Positions 11,783 through 24,181 are shown, counted from the stretch's first letter. The stretch: 64,000 bases of DNA from Malacoraja senta (GCA_038087875.1 JAXLNO010000522.1:1-64000); one strand, 5' to 3'. Made by a program: numbers and translations. Notes: generated by a model not told the origin, from the sequence alone.

Positions 11783-12591
11783 CTATTGATCCGGTTTAAA
11801 GGTCACGTCATAGGACACCAGATAGCCGTCATTGTACACGTACAGCTTGTGATCGGACGGGTTGTAGCTGACACTGCGCAGTGTCTCCATCACCTTCTCC
11901 ATCCTTACGGCGACCCGACCTTCCTCACCGGTCCCGGTGTCGAACGTGTAGAAGATCTCCTCCATCCCTGGTCCCACAGGCCGAAGGGCGTACAGCACCC
12001 CGCAGATCATGAAGGCGTTGGTGACGCTGGGCTTGAACTGTTCGGTGACCCAGGTCCTCCCCACAGTGAAGGCCACCGTGTCGATTTTACTAATAAGAAT
12101 ACGCCCGGCATGCTGCTCGGTGGAGTAAATGACCCAAAGGCCTGTTTCATCGACAGCAAAGTCCATGTCCTGGTAGGTAACCTTGTAGTAGGAGAACCTG
12201 TTATTGTAGGCCGCATTAGCCAGGGTCCGTTTCTCTACGGTTCCTGTGTCTACGTTATACCTGCAGATATTCCTGCCATTGTAACAGTTGTAGTAAACAG
12301 AGTTATTGTACAAAACCATCCCAGCCCCCTGTGCTCCATTGTAATAGCTATACCCAAGGTTCCTTTCAGTCCAATTTTGGTAGAGCAGTAAATCGTCATA
12401 AGAAGGGTAGAAGCGGAAGGTTTGAAATAAAGATTCCCCAGTGGAGGCCACCACAAAATACTGCTCTTGTTCAGCGTGAAGGGGAACGGGGTCTTTCCCC
12501 CAAGCTCCACATTGGTAACTCGACCCCATCCAGTTCTGTTTCACAATGAAAGGTTCGGTGACTTTGAGGAGGCCGCCATGTTTGCAACTCC
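11783..12591 (-). CDS. olfm4: OLFM4-like copy 1, terminal exon: olfactomedin beta-propeller domain
   Basis: Motifs GAWGKDP, GAGMVLYNNSVYYN, DMDFAVDETGLWVIY, NAFMICGVLY, YNPSDHKLYVYNDGYLVSY; ttgacag acceptor in phase 1; stop at 11783. Confidence 0.93.
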
Positions 12592-12616
12592 CTGTCAATA
12601 AACAGAAGAGAAACAT

Positions 12617-13919
12617 TTGGAGTCATAGAGTAATAGAAACATAGAAAATAGGTGCAGGAGGAGGCCATTCGCCCTTCGAGCCAGCACCGCCATTCATTGT
12701 GATCATGGCTGATCGTCCCCAATCAATAACCCGTGCCTGCCTTCTCCTCATATCTCTTGATTCCACTAGCCCCTAGAGCTCTATCTAACTCTCTCTTAAA
12801 TCCATCCAATGATTTGGCCTCCACTGCCCTCTGTGGCAGGGAATTCCACAAATTCACAACTCTCTAGTGGGGTGGAAGATTGCAACCTTCACGTGGTCCA
12901 CCCTGTTTCGACTAATGCAATAAACTCGACGTGCACAAACGGAAGATCAAATAGAACAAGTTGTCCAACAACTTTAGGCTGTGCACGCCACACGAAAGAA
13001 GAAGAAGAAGAAGAAGAAGAAGAAGACAACTCTCTGGGTGAAAAAGTTTTTTCTCACCTCAGTCTTAAATGGCCTCCCCTTTATTCTAAGACTGTGGCCC
13101 CTGGTTCTGGACTCGCCCAACATTGGGAACATTTTTCCTGCATCTAGCCTGTCCAGTCCTTTTATAATTTTATATGTTTCTATAAGATCTCCCCTCATCC
13201 TTCCAAATTCCAGTGAATACAAGCCTAGTCTTTTCAATCTTTCCTCATATGACAGTCCCGCCATCCCAGGGATTAATCTCGTGAACCTACGCTGCACTGC
13301 CTCAATCACAAGGATGTCCTTCCTCAAATTAGGAGACCAAAACTGTACACAATACTCCAGATGTGGTCTTCCCAGAGCCCTATACAATTGCAGAAGAACC
13401 TCTTTACTCCTATACTGAAATCCTCTTGTTATGAAGGCCAACATTCCATTAGCTTTCTTCACTTCCTGCTGAACCAGCTCGCCAACTTTCAATGACTGGT
13501 GTACAAGGACACCCATGTCTTGCTTCACCTCCCCCTTACCCAACCTAACCCCATTGAGATAATAATCTGCCCCCTTGTTTTTGCCGCCAAAGTGGATAAC
13601 CACACATTTATCTATATTATACTGCATCTGCCCACTCACTCAACCAGTCCAGGTCACCCTGCAACCTCCTAACATCCTCTTCACAGTTCACACTGCCACC
13701 CAGCTTTGTGTCATCAGCAAACTTGCTAGTGTTGCTCCTAATTCCCTCTTCCAAATCATTAATATATATGGTAAACAGTTGTGGCCCCAACACTGAGCCT
13801 TGCGGCACTCCACTCGCCACTGCCTGCCATTCTGAAAAGGACCCGTTCACTCCTACTCTTTGCTTCCTGTCTGCCAACCAATTTTCTATCTATGTCAACA
13901 CCCCACCCCCAATACCATG
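12617..13919 (-). mobile_element. CR1 LINE 3' portion (RT C-terminus and 3' UTR) in the last OLFM4-like intron (copies at 34522-35824, 51662-52952)
   Basis: SGVPQGSVLGPQLFTIYINDL, SKFADDTKL, RPHLEYCVQFWSP, RGDLIETYKI. Confidence 0.93.
12866..13025 (+). mobile_element. Short retroposon with (GAA)n tail nested in CR1, 10-bp target duplication acaactctct
   Basis: Duplication at 12856-12865 and 13026-13035; related copy at ~5753-5890. Confidence 0.8.
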
Positions 13920-14160
13920 ATACAGCCTAGAAACAGGCCCTTCGGCCCAACTTGCCCACACCGGCCAACAATGTCCCACCTACACTAGCACACCCGAAAG
14001 TCCCCTCGACCCGAGTAGTAGCAGTCAAATACGGGGCAAGGGCGGTCCAGTACGGGGCAAACCCAATATACGGGATGCCCCGGCTAATACGGGACAGTTG
14101 GCAACCATTGTGCCTCCCTCCCCAGTCACTGTGGTGCCGCGCGGTTGATCGATAACTGAC

Positions 14161-14308
14161 CGTAGTCGATGGGCGGAGGGGTCACGGCCTGGTTGCTCTC
14201 ACACTCCTCCAGCCGTTCCCGCAGGGCCGCCATGTCCTTGCGTATTTGCAGCACGTTATTCCTGTCGTACGATTCCAGCTGGTGGACGATGAGGGACATG
14301 TTCTCGAT
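14161..14308 (-). CDS. olfm4: OLFM4-like copy 1, coding exon 4
   Basis: ttcag|IENMSLIVHQLESYDRNNVLQIRKDMAALRERLEECESNQAVTPPPIDY-G|gtcagt; 148 nt, phase 0/1. Confidence 0.9.
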
Positions 14309-15109
14309 CTGAAACACAAAGGGAATGGTGGAGGAGCAAGGGGCAACCGAGCAAAAATCATACAACCGACTTCACCCGAGGTCAGGATCGAACCCGGGTC
14401 TCGGGCGCTGTGAGAGCCATCACACCCATGCGGCTCTGCCAGCGTGCTGCCCTTTCATCAAGAATGAAACATTAACTCTGGTCTCAAGGTGAATCGAGTT
14501 TGTGAAACGTGTTTAGTTTGGCGATACATCATGGAAACAGGCCCTTCGGCCCACCGAGTCTGTGCCGACCAATGATTCTATGTCTCGAATCCTACGCACC
14601 AGGGGCAATTTTACAGAAGCCAATTAACCTGCAAGCCCGCACGTCTTTGTAGTGTGGGAGGAAACCGGAGCACCCGGAGGAAACCCATGCGGTCACAGGG
14701 AGAACGCGCAAACTCCGCACAGACAGCACCCGTCATCAGTTTTGAACCGGGTCTCCTAGACACAAGCAGAATCGAGTGTGTGAAGTGTGTCCTCCTGAAC
14801 TCAGTGAAGAGCTGGGATATCTCCGGGTGCTCCGGTTTCCTCCCACATTCCAGAGACGTGCGGATTTGTAGGTTAATTGTCTGCTGTGAAATTGTCCCCT
14901 AGTGCAGGATAGAACTAGTATAGGGGCGGTCGCTGGCTGGCACGGACTCAGTGGGCCAAAGGGTCCGTTTCCACGCTGTATCTCTGAACTCTGAACTCCA
15001 GAGATGTTGCCTGACCCGCTGAGGTCCTCCAGCGGTTTGTGTATGTTTTTAGGCCAGAGAGGTGTGGTGCGTTAAAGTGAATGATGGTTCTGTGGGTGAT
15101 GCTGCTCAC

Positions 15110-15319
15110 CTCTTCGTAGAGCTGGTCGATGATGGTGTTGCTCCCGTTGAGCGTCACCTTCAGCTGGGAGGTGAGGGACACCAGCTCTCGTATCTCCAGC
15201 TTGAGCAGCTCAAAGTCGAGCTGGGTGTAGGAGCCCCCGGTCTCGATGTTCTCCACACGCCGGGTCAGGTTCACCAGCCTGGACGCGTACACCGACAGAG
15301 TGCGCCCATATTCCTTCAC
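15110..15319 (-). CDS. olfm4: OLFM4-like copy 1, coding exon 3 (coiled coil)
   Basis: cag|VKEYGRTLSVYASRLVNLTRRVENIETGGSYTQLDFELLKLEIRE...DQLYEE|gtgagc; 210 nt, phase 0/0; SYTxLDFELxK resembles OLFM4. Confidence 0.9.
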
Positions 15320-15890
15320 CTGTACACAACAACCGGGAGTTACACTCACCTTCGGAGAATAGAGGTTGCATCTCAAAATAACAGGCCGACATTTTGAATT
15401 TGGCTCTCCCTTTTATCCACAGCCTTGTTGTGATGTATAGCCAGTACTGCATTGTGTAGCTGTTGTTAGAACGTGTAGGTGTTGTTCCAATGTGTAACCA
15501 TTCTAATGGCTTCACGCTGCCACGACAAGGCCAGCAGCATAATCAAGGGCCAGTCTCACCCCGGTCACTCCCCCTTCTCCCCTCTCCCATCAGGCAAGAG
15601 GTACAGAAGTGTGAAAATGCAAGCTTCAAGATTCAGGGACAGTTTCTTCCCAGTTGCATTCAGGCAAGTGAACCACCCTCTCACCAACCAAAGAGTGGTC
15701 CTGAGCCACCATCTACCGCATTGGAGACCCTCGGACTATCTGGAATTGGACTTTACTAGACTTTACCTTTCACCAAATGTAATTCCCTTCATCCTGTATC
15801 TGTGGAAAGCTTGATTGTAATCATGTGTTATCTTTCCGCTGAGTGGATAGCACGCAACAAAAGCTTTTCACTGTACCTCGATACACGTGA

Positions 15891-15922
<32 letters not shown>

Positions 15923-16059
15923 CTGAACTAAACTAAATACGTAGCTGTTGTTATAATGTGTAGATGTAATAAAGGAGGTGTCGTTATATGTAGTTCTTGT
16001 TCCAATGTGACTGTCTTGTTCCAATGTGCATGTGTTGTTGGACTGTGCAGCTGATGGAT

Positions 16060-16730
16060 GGAGGAGAGAGAACTCAGGTACATGGTGTCAAGACCATAAC
16101 CCCTTCCTCAATATCAACAAGAAAAAGGATCTAGTTAGCGATTTCAGAATGCATGGTGGAGTACATGCCCCAATCAGCATCAATGGTACCAAAGCGGAAA
16201 TCGATGCAAGCTTCAACTTCCTTGGCGCTAATATGATCAACGATCTGTCGTGGACCGACCACGTTGATGCGATGGCAAAGAAGGCACACAATAGTCTGTC
16301 TTTCCTGAGGAGATGGAATTTCACCATCTCCAGTGACCCCTGCAAACTTTTACAGATGCATTATAGGAAGCATACTCCTGGGTTTCATCACAGCTTGGCT
16401 TGAGAACAGCTCTGGCCAAGAATGGATGAAATCGCAACGAGTTGAAGATGCAGCCCAGCCCATCACACAGTCCAGACTACCCACCATTGACTCCATCTAC
16501 ACTTCATGCTGCCTTGCGAAGGCAGCCAACATAATCAAAGGCTTATCCCACCCCGGTCATTCCTTCTTCTCCCTACTCCCATGTTGCAGAAGGCACCGAA
16601 GCTTGAAAGAGCGCACCACCAGACTCAGGAACAGCTTCATCCCCTCTGTTATAAGGCTTTGGAATGATCTTTCCATAAGTCAGGTTACTGTCACCTCCAC
16701 CCCATTGTAGACATTGGACTTTATGGAACT
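16060..16730 (+). mobile_element. Old Rex1/L2-group LINE fragment
   Basis: SFNFLGANMINDLSWTDH..KKAH..L.FLRR; FYRCII.SIL..ITAW; HPGHSFF.LLP...RLRNSF. Confidence 0.75.
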
Positions 16731-18101
16731 GATGCATACATATCTGAGACGGTCTCTATTCACTTATCCTTTGGTCACATATCAAAACTTCCAATGTCAG
16801 TAATTCAGAGAGTCAGTAATTTTCATAACTTCATAAGTTCATAAAATATAGGAGCAGAATTAGGCCAGTTGACCCATCAAGTCTACTCCGCCGTTCAATC
16901 ATGGCTGATCTATCTCTCCCTCTTAACCCCATTCTCCTCCCTTCTCCCCATTAACCCTGGCACCCATACTAATCAAGAATCTATTTAAATATTTAAAAAT
17001 ATCCATTGACTTGGCCTCCAAACATCCATTGACTTGCCAGCAAACGCCCATCATACATTAACACACCCATTCCTGGGATCATTCTTGTAAACCTTCTCTG
17101 GATCCTCTCCAAAGAGTTACGGGGCCCAAAACTGTTCTCAATACTCCAAATGCCATCTGACCAGTGCCTTATAAAGATGGACACAGAAGGCTGGAGTAAA
17201 ACCCCTGTCCCACTTAGGAGACCTAAACCGCAACCTCTGGTGACCTTGACCGCCACCCAAAAAAAATCAAGGTCGAGGTGACCTGCAACCACCTACCACC
17301 TGCCACGCATGTGTTGAAAACCTTCCTCGACTATGAAGAAAACCGGCTTCGACTACACCTGCGACTAAAAAATTATCGATTTTTAAAACGGCAACCTATA
17401 TTTAGTCGAGGGTACACAAAAAAGCTGGAGAAACTCAGCGGGTGCAGCAGCATCTAAGGAATGAAGGAAATAGGCAATGTTTCGGGCCGAAACCCTTCTT
17501 CAGACTGATAGGGGGTGGGGAGAAGAAAGGAAAAAAGGCGGAGGAGGAGCCCGAGGGCTGGGGGAGGGGAGGAGACAACCAGAGGGCTGATGAAGGGGAG
17601 GGGACAGCAAGGACTAGCAGAATTGGGAGAATTCAATGTTCAAGCCTTAGGATGTAGACTGCCCAAGCGGAATATGAGGTGCATTTCCTCCAATTTCCGG
17701 TGTTGCTCGCTGCGGCCATGGAGGAGACCCAGGACAGAGAGGTCAGATACGGAATGGGAGGGGGAGTTGGTTTAGTCGAGGTTGGTTTTAAACATGATGA
17801 AAAAATAGCAGCAACCTAGATGAAGCCTCGACCACGTGGAAACCACTTTCGACCATTAGGGAGAGTGACCTAATGGAAACCTCCGGTGACCTCATGGAAA
17901 CCTTGGGTGGCGGGCAAGGTCACCAGAGGTTGCTGTTTGGGTCTCCTAAGTGGGACAGGGGCTTAACTCAGCAGGACAGGCAGCATCCCTGGAGAGTAGG
18001 AATGGGTGACATTTTGTGTTGAGCCCCTTCTTCAGACCTTATGAAGCATCCCTGTCTTTTATATTCTAGTCTCTCAAAATAAACGCTAGAATTGTCCATA
18101 C

Positions 18102-18254
18102 CTTGGTGATCTCTGCCTGGACGCTGATATTGAGTTCCGATGTGGTTTCTTCCAGATATTCCATTTTATCCGCTGGGAAGGTGGTGTCGGGCAGCATCAC
18201 TGAGCACACACACACTCCGTCACTGTTAACTGTCCCATTGAAGGCCTTGGAAAT
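18102..18254 (-). CDS. olfm4: OLFM4-like copy 1, coding exon 2
   Basis: Same translation and splice sites as 1069-1221. Confidence 0.88.
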
Positions 18255-19210
18255 CTGTAACCACATCAACATTGGGTTAATAGCAGAGCAAAGATTCTGG
18301 TGATGCACAGTTCCTGAATAATTCCCATTCAGTCACATTAACATCTTAGTTTCAGTTTCAGTTTAGTTTATTGTCACGTGTCCCGAGGTACAGTATAAAT
18401 GCTTTTGTTGCATTCTAACCAGTCAGCACTAAGACAATACCTGATTACAATCGATCCATTTACACAGTGTACAGATACATGATAAGGGAATAGCGTTTAG
18501 TGCAAAGTAAAGCCTGCAAAGTCCGATCAAGGATAATCTGAGGGTCATCAAAGAGGTAGATAGTAGTTCAGCACTGCTCTCTGGATGTGGTAGGATGATT
18601 CAGTTGCCTGATAACAGCTGGGAAGAAACTGTCCCTGAATCTGGAGGTGTGCATTTTCACACTTTTGTACCTCTTGCCTGATGGGAGAGGGGAGAAGAGG
18701 GAGTGGCCGGGGTGCATCTCGTCCTTGATTATGCTGCTGGCCTTGCCGAGGCAGCGTTGCTGTTGCTTTTCATTTGTATGACTGACTTGGCAAATGAAAT
18801 TCCTCGTATGTTGCAAAACATACTTGGCTAATAACGTATTATTGTGACTGTGATTACAGGAGAAGAAGGGGCCAGTTTGCTTCACATATCGTGTGTAGTC
18901 AAGCATTTCCATCCAGGCAGTCTGGTTGTGGTTGCAGTTAGACACAAAATGCTGGAGTAACTCAGCGGGTCAGGCAGCATCTCTGGAGAGAAGGAATGGG
19001 TGACGTTTCGGGTCGAGACCATTCTTCTGTGTGTGGTGTTACGTTGACCAGAACAGTCTTGGAGAAACAGCCTGGAGGAGATTGACTGCTCTTGTGCATT
19101 AGTCAGTCACAGTGAACTTGACTTTACTCAAACACAGAAAGAACTGGGGGGGGGGGGGGGGGGGGTGAAGGGGACAAGTTTATCTCAGGCAAAAGGAGAA
19201 ATAAACTCAC

Positions 19211-19270
19211 GGAGATCTGGGTAGAGGGCTCCAAGATCGCCACAATCAGCAGCAGGAACAATATCGCCAT
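19211..19270 (-). CDS. olfm4: OLFM4-like copy 1, coding exon 1 (signal peptide MAILFLLLIVAILEPSTQIS)
   Basis: ATG at 19270-19268, gtgagt donor; joined CDS = 459 aa. Confidence 0.8.
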
Positions 19271-20019
19271 TATGCCTCCCTGTTCACCTGCAGAAGGAAG
19301 TGTTGCAGAAGAGATTAAGTACCCAACCCTTCAAGTAGCCAGGCAACCGCACAGAATGGAAACGGAAGCGTTTGACTTTAGTTTATCATCACACGAAGAG
19401 CTTTTGCTGCGTGCTAACCCGTCAGCGGAAAGACAATACATGATTACAATCAAGCTGACCACAGTGTCCAGACACAGGATGAAACTGTTGGCTTATACTC
19501 GCTAGAATAGTAAGATTAAACGAGAACTTACCAGTTTGAAGTTTGATCTGTATTTTATGAGGAGTTACGATGAGGGATTACGTGGAGACCCCGTCCAGCA
19601 CGCATGCGCGACATTCTTCAAAGCAGCGGTGTGGAATCACAGGAAACACAATAATTGAAATAAACATAGTAAAGAAAAGGAGAACTAAGATACCAGTTGA
19701 TCTATAATTGAGGGTGGGAGCGGAGGGCACGTAATCCCTCATCGTAACTCCTCATAAAATACAGATCAAACTTCAAACTGGTAAGTTCTCGTTTAATCTT
19801 ACTATTTTACTTCGGAGTCACGTGAGTGACTACGTGAAGATTTTAAAGCTCTGTGATTTCAAACCGTGTAACAGTTCATACTTCACTCGCTGCCGAAGTC
19901 ATTCAAGGGAGGAAGTATGTTATCGTAATCAACCATAATCTGTTTGTAAACAATAATGGTATCTATTAAACAATAACAAAAGACAAAATGCTCCCCCGGG
20001 CTTAAATTATATATTTTTG

Positions 20020-20990
20020 CAGATTTTAAAACTCTTTCTGCAAATAACACAGGTTCTGCTAGCGGCTTGTGGTAGAACGTTTGGAACGTTTTCTCCATGT
20101 TCATTCTTTTAGCCGCCGATGTGGATGCTGCCCTGGTGGAGTGAGATGTATATACATCAGTATCTACTCCAGCAGCTCCCAGTACCTGCTTGAGCCATCT
20201 CGAGATGGTTTGGCTCGACACCCAACCATGAGGTTTCTTGTGGCTGACCCATAAGGCTTTTTTATTTATTTATTTATTTATTTATTTTTTTTCCTTTTTT
20301 CCCTTTCTCCCTCGAGAATCTCTTGTTGTGTTGATGTAAGTGAATAAGTGAGTCATGACACACAACCATAGGTCAGGTGGGTATGCCCGGAAATCCATAA
20401 CTAGGACTCAAGTTCCTGGCTTGCTCTGCTTTAGCAGCTCCTGAATGGTGAATGAGACCCGGTCTGGTGTTATAACCATGTTGTCCAGTCGCAGTAAGTG
20501 GAGGGACTGGACTCTTTGTGCTGAGACTAGTAGCATCAGCATGACCGTTTTCAGGGTTAGCTTTTCCAGGGTGAGAGACCTGGCTGGGGACCATCCCCTT
20601 AGGTATGTCAGGACCACACTGACATCCCAGATTTGTGTATACCTAGGTCTAAGAGGGTTGGAGTTGACGATACTCCTCATGAGTTTGATCACCAGCGGGT
20701 GAGACCCTATGGCCTGTTGTCCTGGCACCTGTTTTAAGTAGGCTGACAGCGCACGTCTGGCAGTATTGATGGCGCTGTAGCTCAATCCTTCATTATGGTG
20801 AAGGCCCCCCAGGAACTCCAGTACATTGGTTATGGTTGCAGATGAGTACGTTGTCCCAGTAGTCGAGCAGTATCTTTCCCACTTCCTGATTCTCGATAGG
20901 TATTGTTTCCTGGTGGACATACGGTGTCATCATGTTGATGGTCCTGTCAGACAATCCCAGTCCCAGCAGTGGTCTTTTGATAATCTGCAA
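20020..20990 (-). pseudogene. DIRS tyrosine recombinase (disrupted)
   Basis: STRKQY..W, YSAINTARRALS, PRY..WDV, LLVSAQRVQSL, TISRWLK, HSTRAASTS, TFQTFY; split by stops and frameshifts. Confidence 0.9.
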
Positions 20991-21072
20991 CCCAGTAGGT
21001 TAATTTTGGCATGGCATGGATGACTTATGCCTGATACAGTGTGCGTCAATAGGTCTGGGCTACTGGGAAAGG

Positions 21073-21426
21073 TCATAGGAGTTTCGATGACCATGTCGAG
21101 GACCACTGGGAACCATGGCTGTGTAGGCCAGTTGGTACTATCAAAATACCTGAAGCAGAGTCCATCTGTATTTTGCGTAGTACCCTACAGATTAAGGCAG
21201 AAGGGGAAAAAGCATAGAAGAAATAGGTCCCCCAGTTCAGCGCGAATGCATCTATCACTGCTGCCTCAGGGTGTGGTTCCCAAGGGACATACATTGGTAC
21301 GTGGTGATTTAGTCTGGATGCAAAGAGATCGATATCTGGTGTGCCATATTGGTTTGTAATTTTAGCAAAAGCTCTAGGATTTAACATCCATTCGGTGTTT
21401 ATCATTGAATTTGCGTGACCTGGCAC
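21073..21426 (-). pseudogene. DIRS DNA N6-adenine methyltransferase-like domain (frameshifted)
   Basis: EWMLN...PDIDLFASRLNH...IDAF...FFYAF, in the usual DIRS1 position after RNase H. Confidence 0.8.
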
Positions 21427-21439
21427 TGTATTTAGCTTA

Positions 21440-22760
21440 CCTGGTAGGTAAGTTGCTGATAGTCAAATATGTCTATCGACACACCATTGCCAGATTGTGT
21501 TGACCCAATTGTCACATGATATCGATTTTATTCCGGTCATATGGTTAATATAGGCCACCACCGTGATATTATCAATTTGTAAATGAACATGCAAGTTGTG
21601 CATATTCCTAGAATATGCTTTAAAACCATAAAACGCACCCAACATTTCCAAATAATTTATGCCCAGTGTTTGTAGTAAAGACGAGTCTAGGGTAGTCCAT
21701 CTACCACCTGTGCTGGATATGGTATTAGTTGCTCCCCAGCCTTGAGCACTGGCATCTGTTTGTATAGTTAACGTTGGGTTATTGATGATGATAGGGCTGG
21801 AACTATGCTAAATGTGTTGTATCCACCATTGTAACTCTGATATTGCTTCAATGGGTAGTTTCATGGTTCGGTCAAAGTGACCTGCATGTCGTTTCAACGC
21901 CTGTACTTTTGCCCTTTGTAGGTGCTGATAGTACAGGAGTCCAAATTGTGTAGCTGAAAATGCTGCTACCATTTTGCCAATTACTCTTGCCACTTGTCGG
22001 ATGGTTGGTCGATTGCTTACCATTAAATTGTTGCACATCTGTGCCAATTCTGCTGCTTTACCTTTTGGCAACGTTACAGACATGTGGATTGAGTTAATTG
22101 TGAATCCCAGATAGTCCATAGTTGTGGATGGCGTCAACTTAGATTTATCTGGATGTATGACAAACCCAGGGTTTCAAACAATTGTTTGGTAGCTAATACA
22201 GCTGATTTAGCCAACTCCATGGTTTTGCCAACTATTAGGATATCATCAAGATACGCCATGACAATATGTCTTTGTTTCGTTAATGTTGCCAAGGCTGGTT
22301 TTAATATCTTGGTAAATAGTCTAAGGCTGATGTCAACCCATTAGGCAACACTTTATACTGCCATAGTTGCCCCATCCAGGTAAATTTTCAGGTATCTGCG
22401 ATGACCCTTGTGAATGGGTACTGAATAGTAGGCATCTTTTAAATCAATGCTTGCCATAAAGTATCCTTTGGAAATCAGTTGTTTAGCAGTTACAAATGTT
22501 TCCATTTTGAAATGTACATACTTAACAAAGGTATTTAGTGAGGTTAAGTCAATGATGATGCGACATCCACCATCTTTTTTGCTTTTGGTAAATATATTTG
22601 AGACAAATTCCAAAGGATCATGTTTGGATTTCTCAATGACACCCTTTGTAAGTAACCTCCCCAGTTCTGCTTGAGCCTCTAGTTCTCTTTGACTGAGAGG
22701 GTAAAGACCCTTTGGGGTACGTGCTGAACTGGTGGCATGTTTTCTTGAATGAACTCTATT
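21440..22760 (-). pseudogene. DIRS reverse transcriptase / RNase H (frameshifted)
   Basis: KKDGGCRIIIDL, HFKMET, SIDLKDAYYSVPI, IVMAYLDDI (~22240-22266), DYLGF; RNase H TDAS..GWGA (~21730-21760) and QIDNITVVAYIN. Confidence 0.92.
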
Positions 22761-23056
22761 TTGTATCCCCGAATACTGTTAAGTATATAACTATCATTCG
22801 TGAGACACCTCCTGTTAGTACAGACCTCCTGTTAGTACAGTTCCCCATTTACATGCTGGTAGGAACCAGACCCACCTACCTCCATAGTTATGGTAGTGTT
22901 CCTTTCTTCCGTTTGTTCATCCGTCATTATAATGCTGGATGTACTGCTGATGTACTGCTGATTGGGGGTGGCGCATTTTCCATGGGGTCCGCTCTGGGCC
23001 CTGGCCTAAAAAGGCTTTCGGGGATAGTATGCGGACCCCGAGCTTTCACCAGTTAC

Positions 23057-24181
23057 CTAAATTTGACCTTGACTGGTGGACGCGGTGAGGTACTGCCGTC
23101 TGGTTTTTTGTGTGGGTCTGCTCGTTCCGGGGCCTGCCCTCATGAGGCCAAATGCTTTGGACTCTCCTCCAGGTCTTTCACTTGTCCTTCCAAATAACAG
23201 GATCTGCGGCTCTGAGGCCGGTGTTTTACACTGTCCTGCAAACCTGGGATTGAGGGCAGGTCTTATTCTCTCCTTGCGGAGGTTATTTATCTCATATTGG
23301 GTGTTGCACAGCAGAGCCAGAGTGTCTTGCTGGTTTGTGGTCATATCCACCCCATCCACGGAACGAGCATAGGCTGTTATCCCTGTCGTCAGGAGCTTGA
23401 GGATTTTAGCTCCTGGTTCCGGATACTCTGTCCCCCCCCCCCAGATTTGGCTGTTAACAGCCGGTACATTGAGCGAACTGCAGTTTTCCAGCTCTAGTCT
23501 CATTAAGTACCTGTCTTGTAGGGGTTTGAGGGACAGGTGGTTGATGCTGGCCGCCAGTTTTGGCTCCAATGGCCGCCCTGCTCGTGGTGAAACCACGTAG
23601 CGAATCTCCACACCCAGCAGCTCTTCCTGATCCTGTACCCCAAGCGTACTCCCGAAATCTTCAGCCAATGACCCCTGTTCCTGACCAGCCCAGCCCTGGT
23701 CGCCAACGCTGCCCTGCTTTGAGGGGAAAGCGATGGCCAGTGCATTGTAGAGCACTGCTGTGGGAGTGCCTGATCCCCCTGGCGAGACTGCTCTAGCTCC
23801 TGAAGCAAGTCTGGCTGGAGCAGTTGCTCCATGAGCCTTTCCATTCGGCTCAGGCAGCTAGCTCTGCCGCTCTAAGGCGGACCCTCCTCATCGGAGTCAG
23901 ACATAACCTGACGTTTTTTGTGTGGTTTTTTTTGTGTTTTTTTTTTATTTTATTTTTTTTAACTTTTCCTCCAGCCCGCTGCCGCTCATCAGGCTGCGTT
24001 AGCGGTACTGGGCTCGGCTCGGTCTCGATGAGGGTGGACCGCCGCATATGCGGTCCAGGTGCCGCCTCTCGCCCCCCACTGATGGAACACTCCCGTTCTG
24101 TTGGAGTCGAACGGGGGGCGGTTTTCTTCCTTTGCCGTGCTGCTCCTGTTCCCAGTTCCTCTGGAATAGAGAGCAGAGCAC
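23057..24181 (-). pseudogene. DIRS gag-like ORF1 remnants (fragmented)
   Basis: 5'-most position in the element; fragments such as LALLCNTQYEINNLRKERIRPALNP resemble DIRS ORF1. Confidence 0.6.

Larger units (their letters stand above)
1..17034. repeat. Tandem segmental duplication unit A (~17.0 kb)
   Basis: The window's first bases (tgccagcaaacgcccatcat) recur at 17035, 38943 and 56068; the ORF track repeats with near-constant offsets. The unit boundary is arbitrary (set at the window start). Confidence 0.97.

Noticed and set aside
11708..12391. 227-aa plus-strand ORF (also 33613 and 50750)
   Set aside because: Antisense shadow of the olfactomedin exon; non-ATG start and no recognisable domain.
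11783..12616. Single-exon 277-aa olfactomedin gene starting MFLFCLL
   Set aside because: The apparent N-terminus is the translated polypyrimidine tract; a phase-compatible acceptor at 12592 links to upstream exons.
12974..13639. 221-aa ORF ending in poly-Phe, and the opposite poly-Lys/Glu ORFs
   Set aside because: CR1 ORF2 fragment reading into the (GAA)n tail of a nested retroposon.
14020..14110. Repeated (A)TACGGG motifs ending in gttggcaacc
   Set aside because: Looks like a single end of a hAT-type element with subterminal repeats; no partner end or TSD found.
15893..15937. (aaact)n, (attga)n and (ttgac)n microsatellites as independent features
   Set aside because: They are LINE 3' tails.
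21073..21426. Phage/bacterial-like adenine methyltransferase and integrase as horizontal transfer or contamination
   Set aside because: Both are standard DIRS1 domains inside a eukaryotic element with defined ends.
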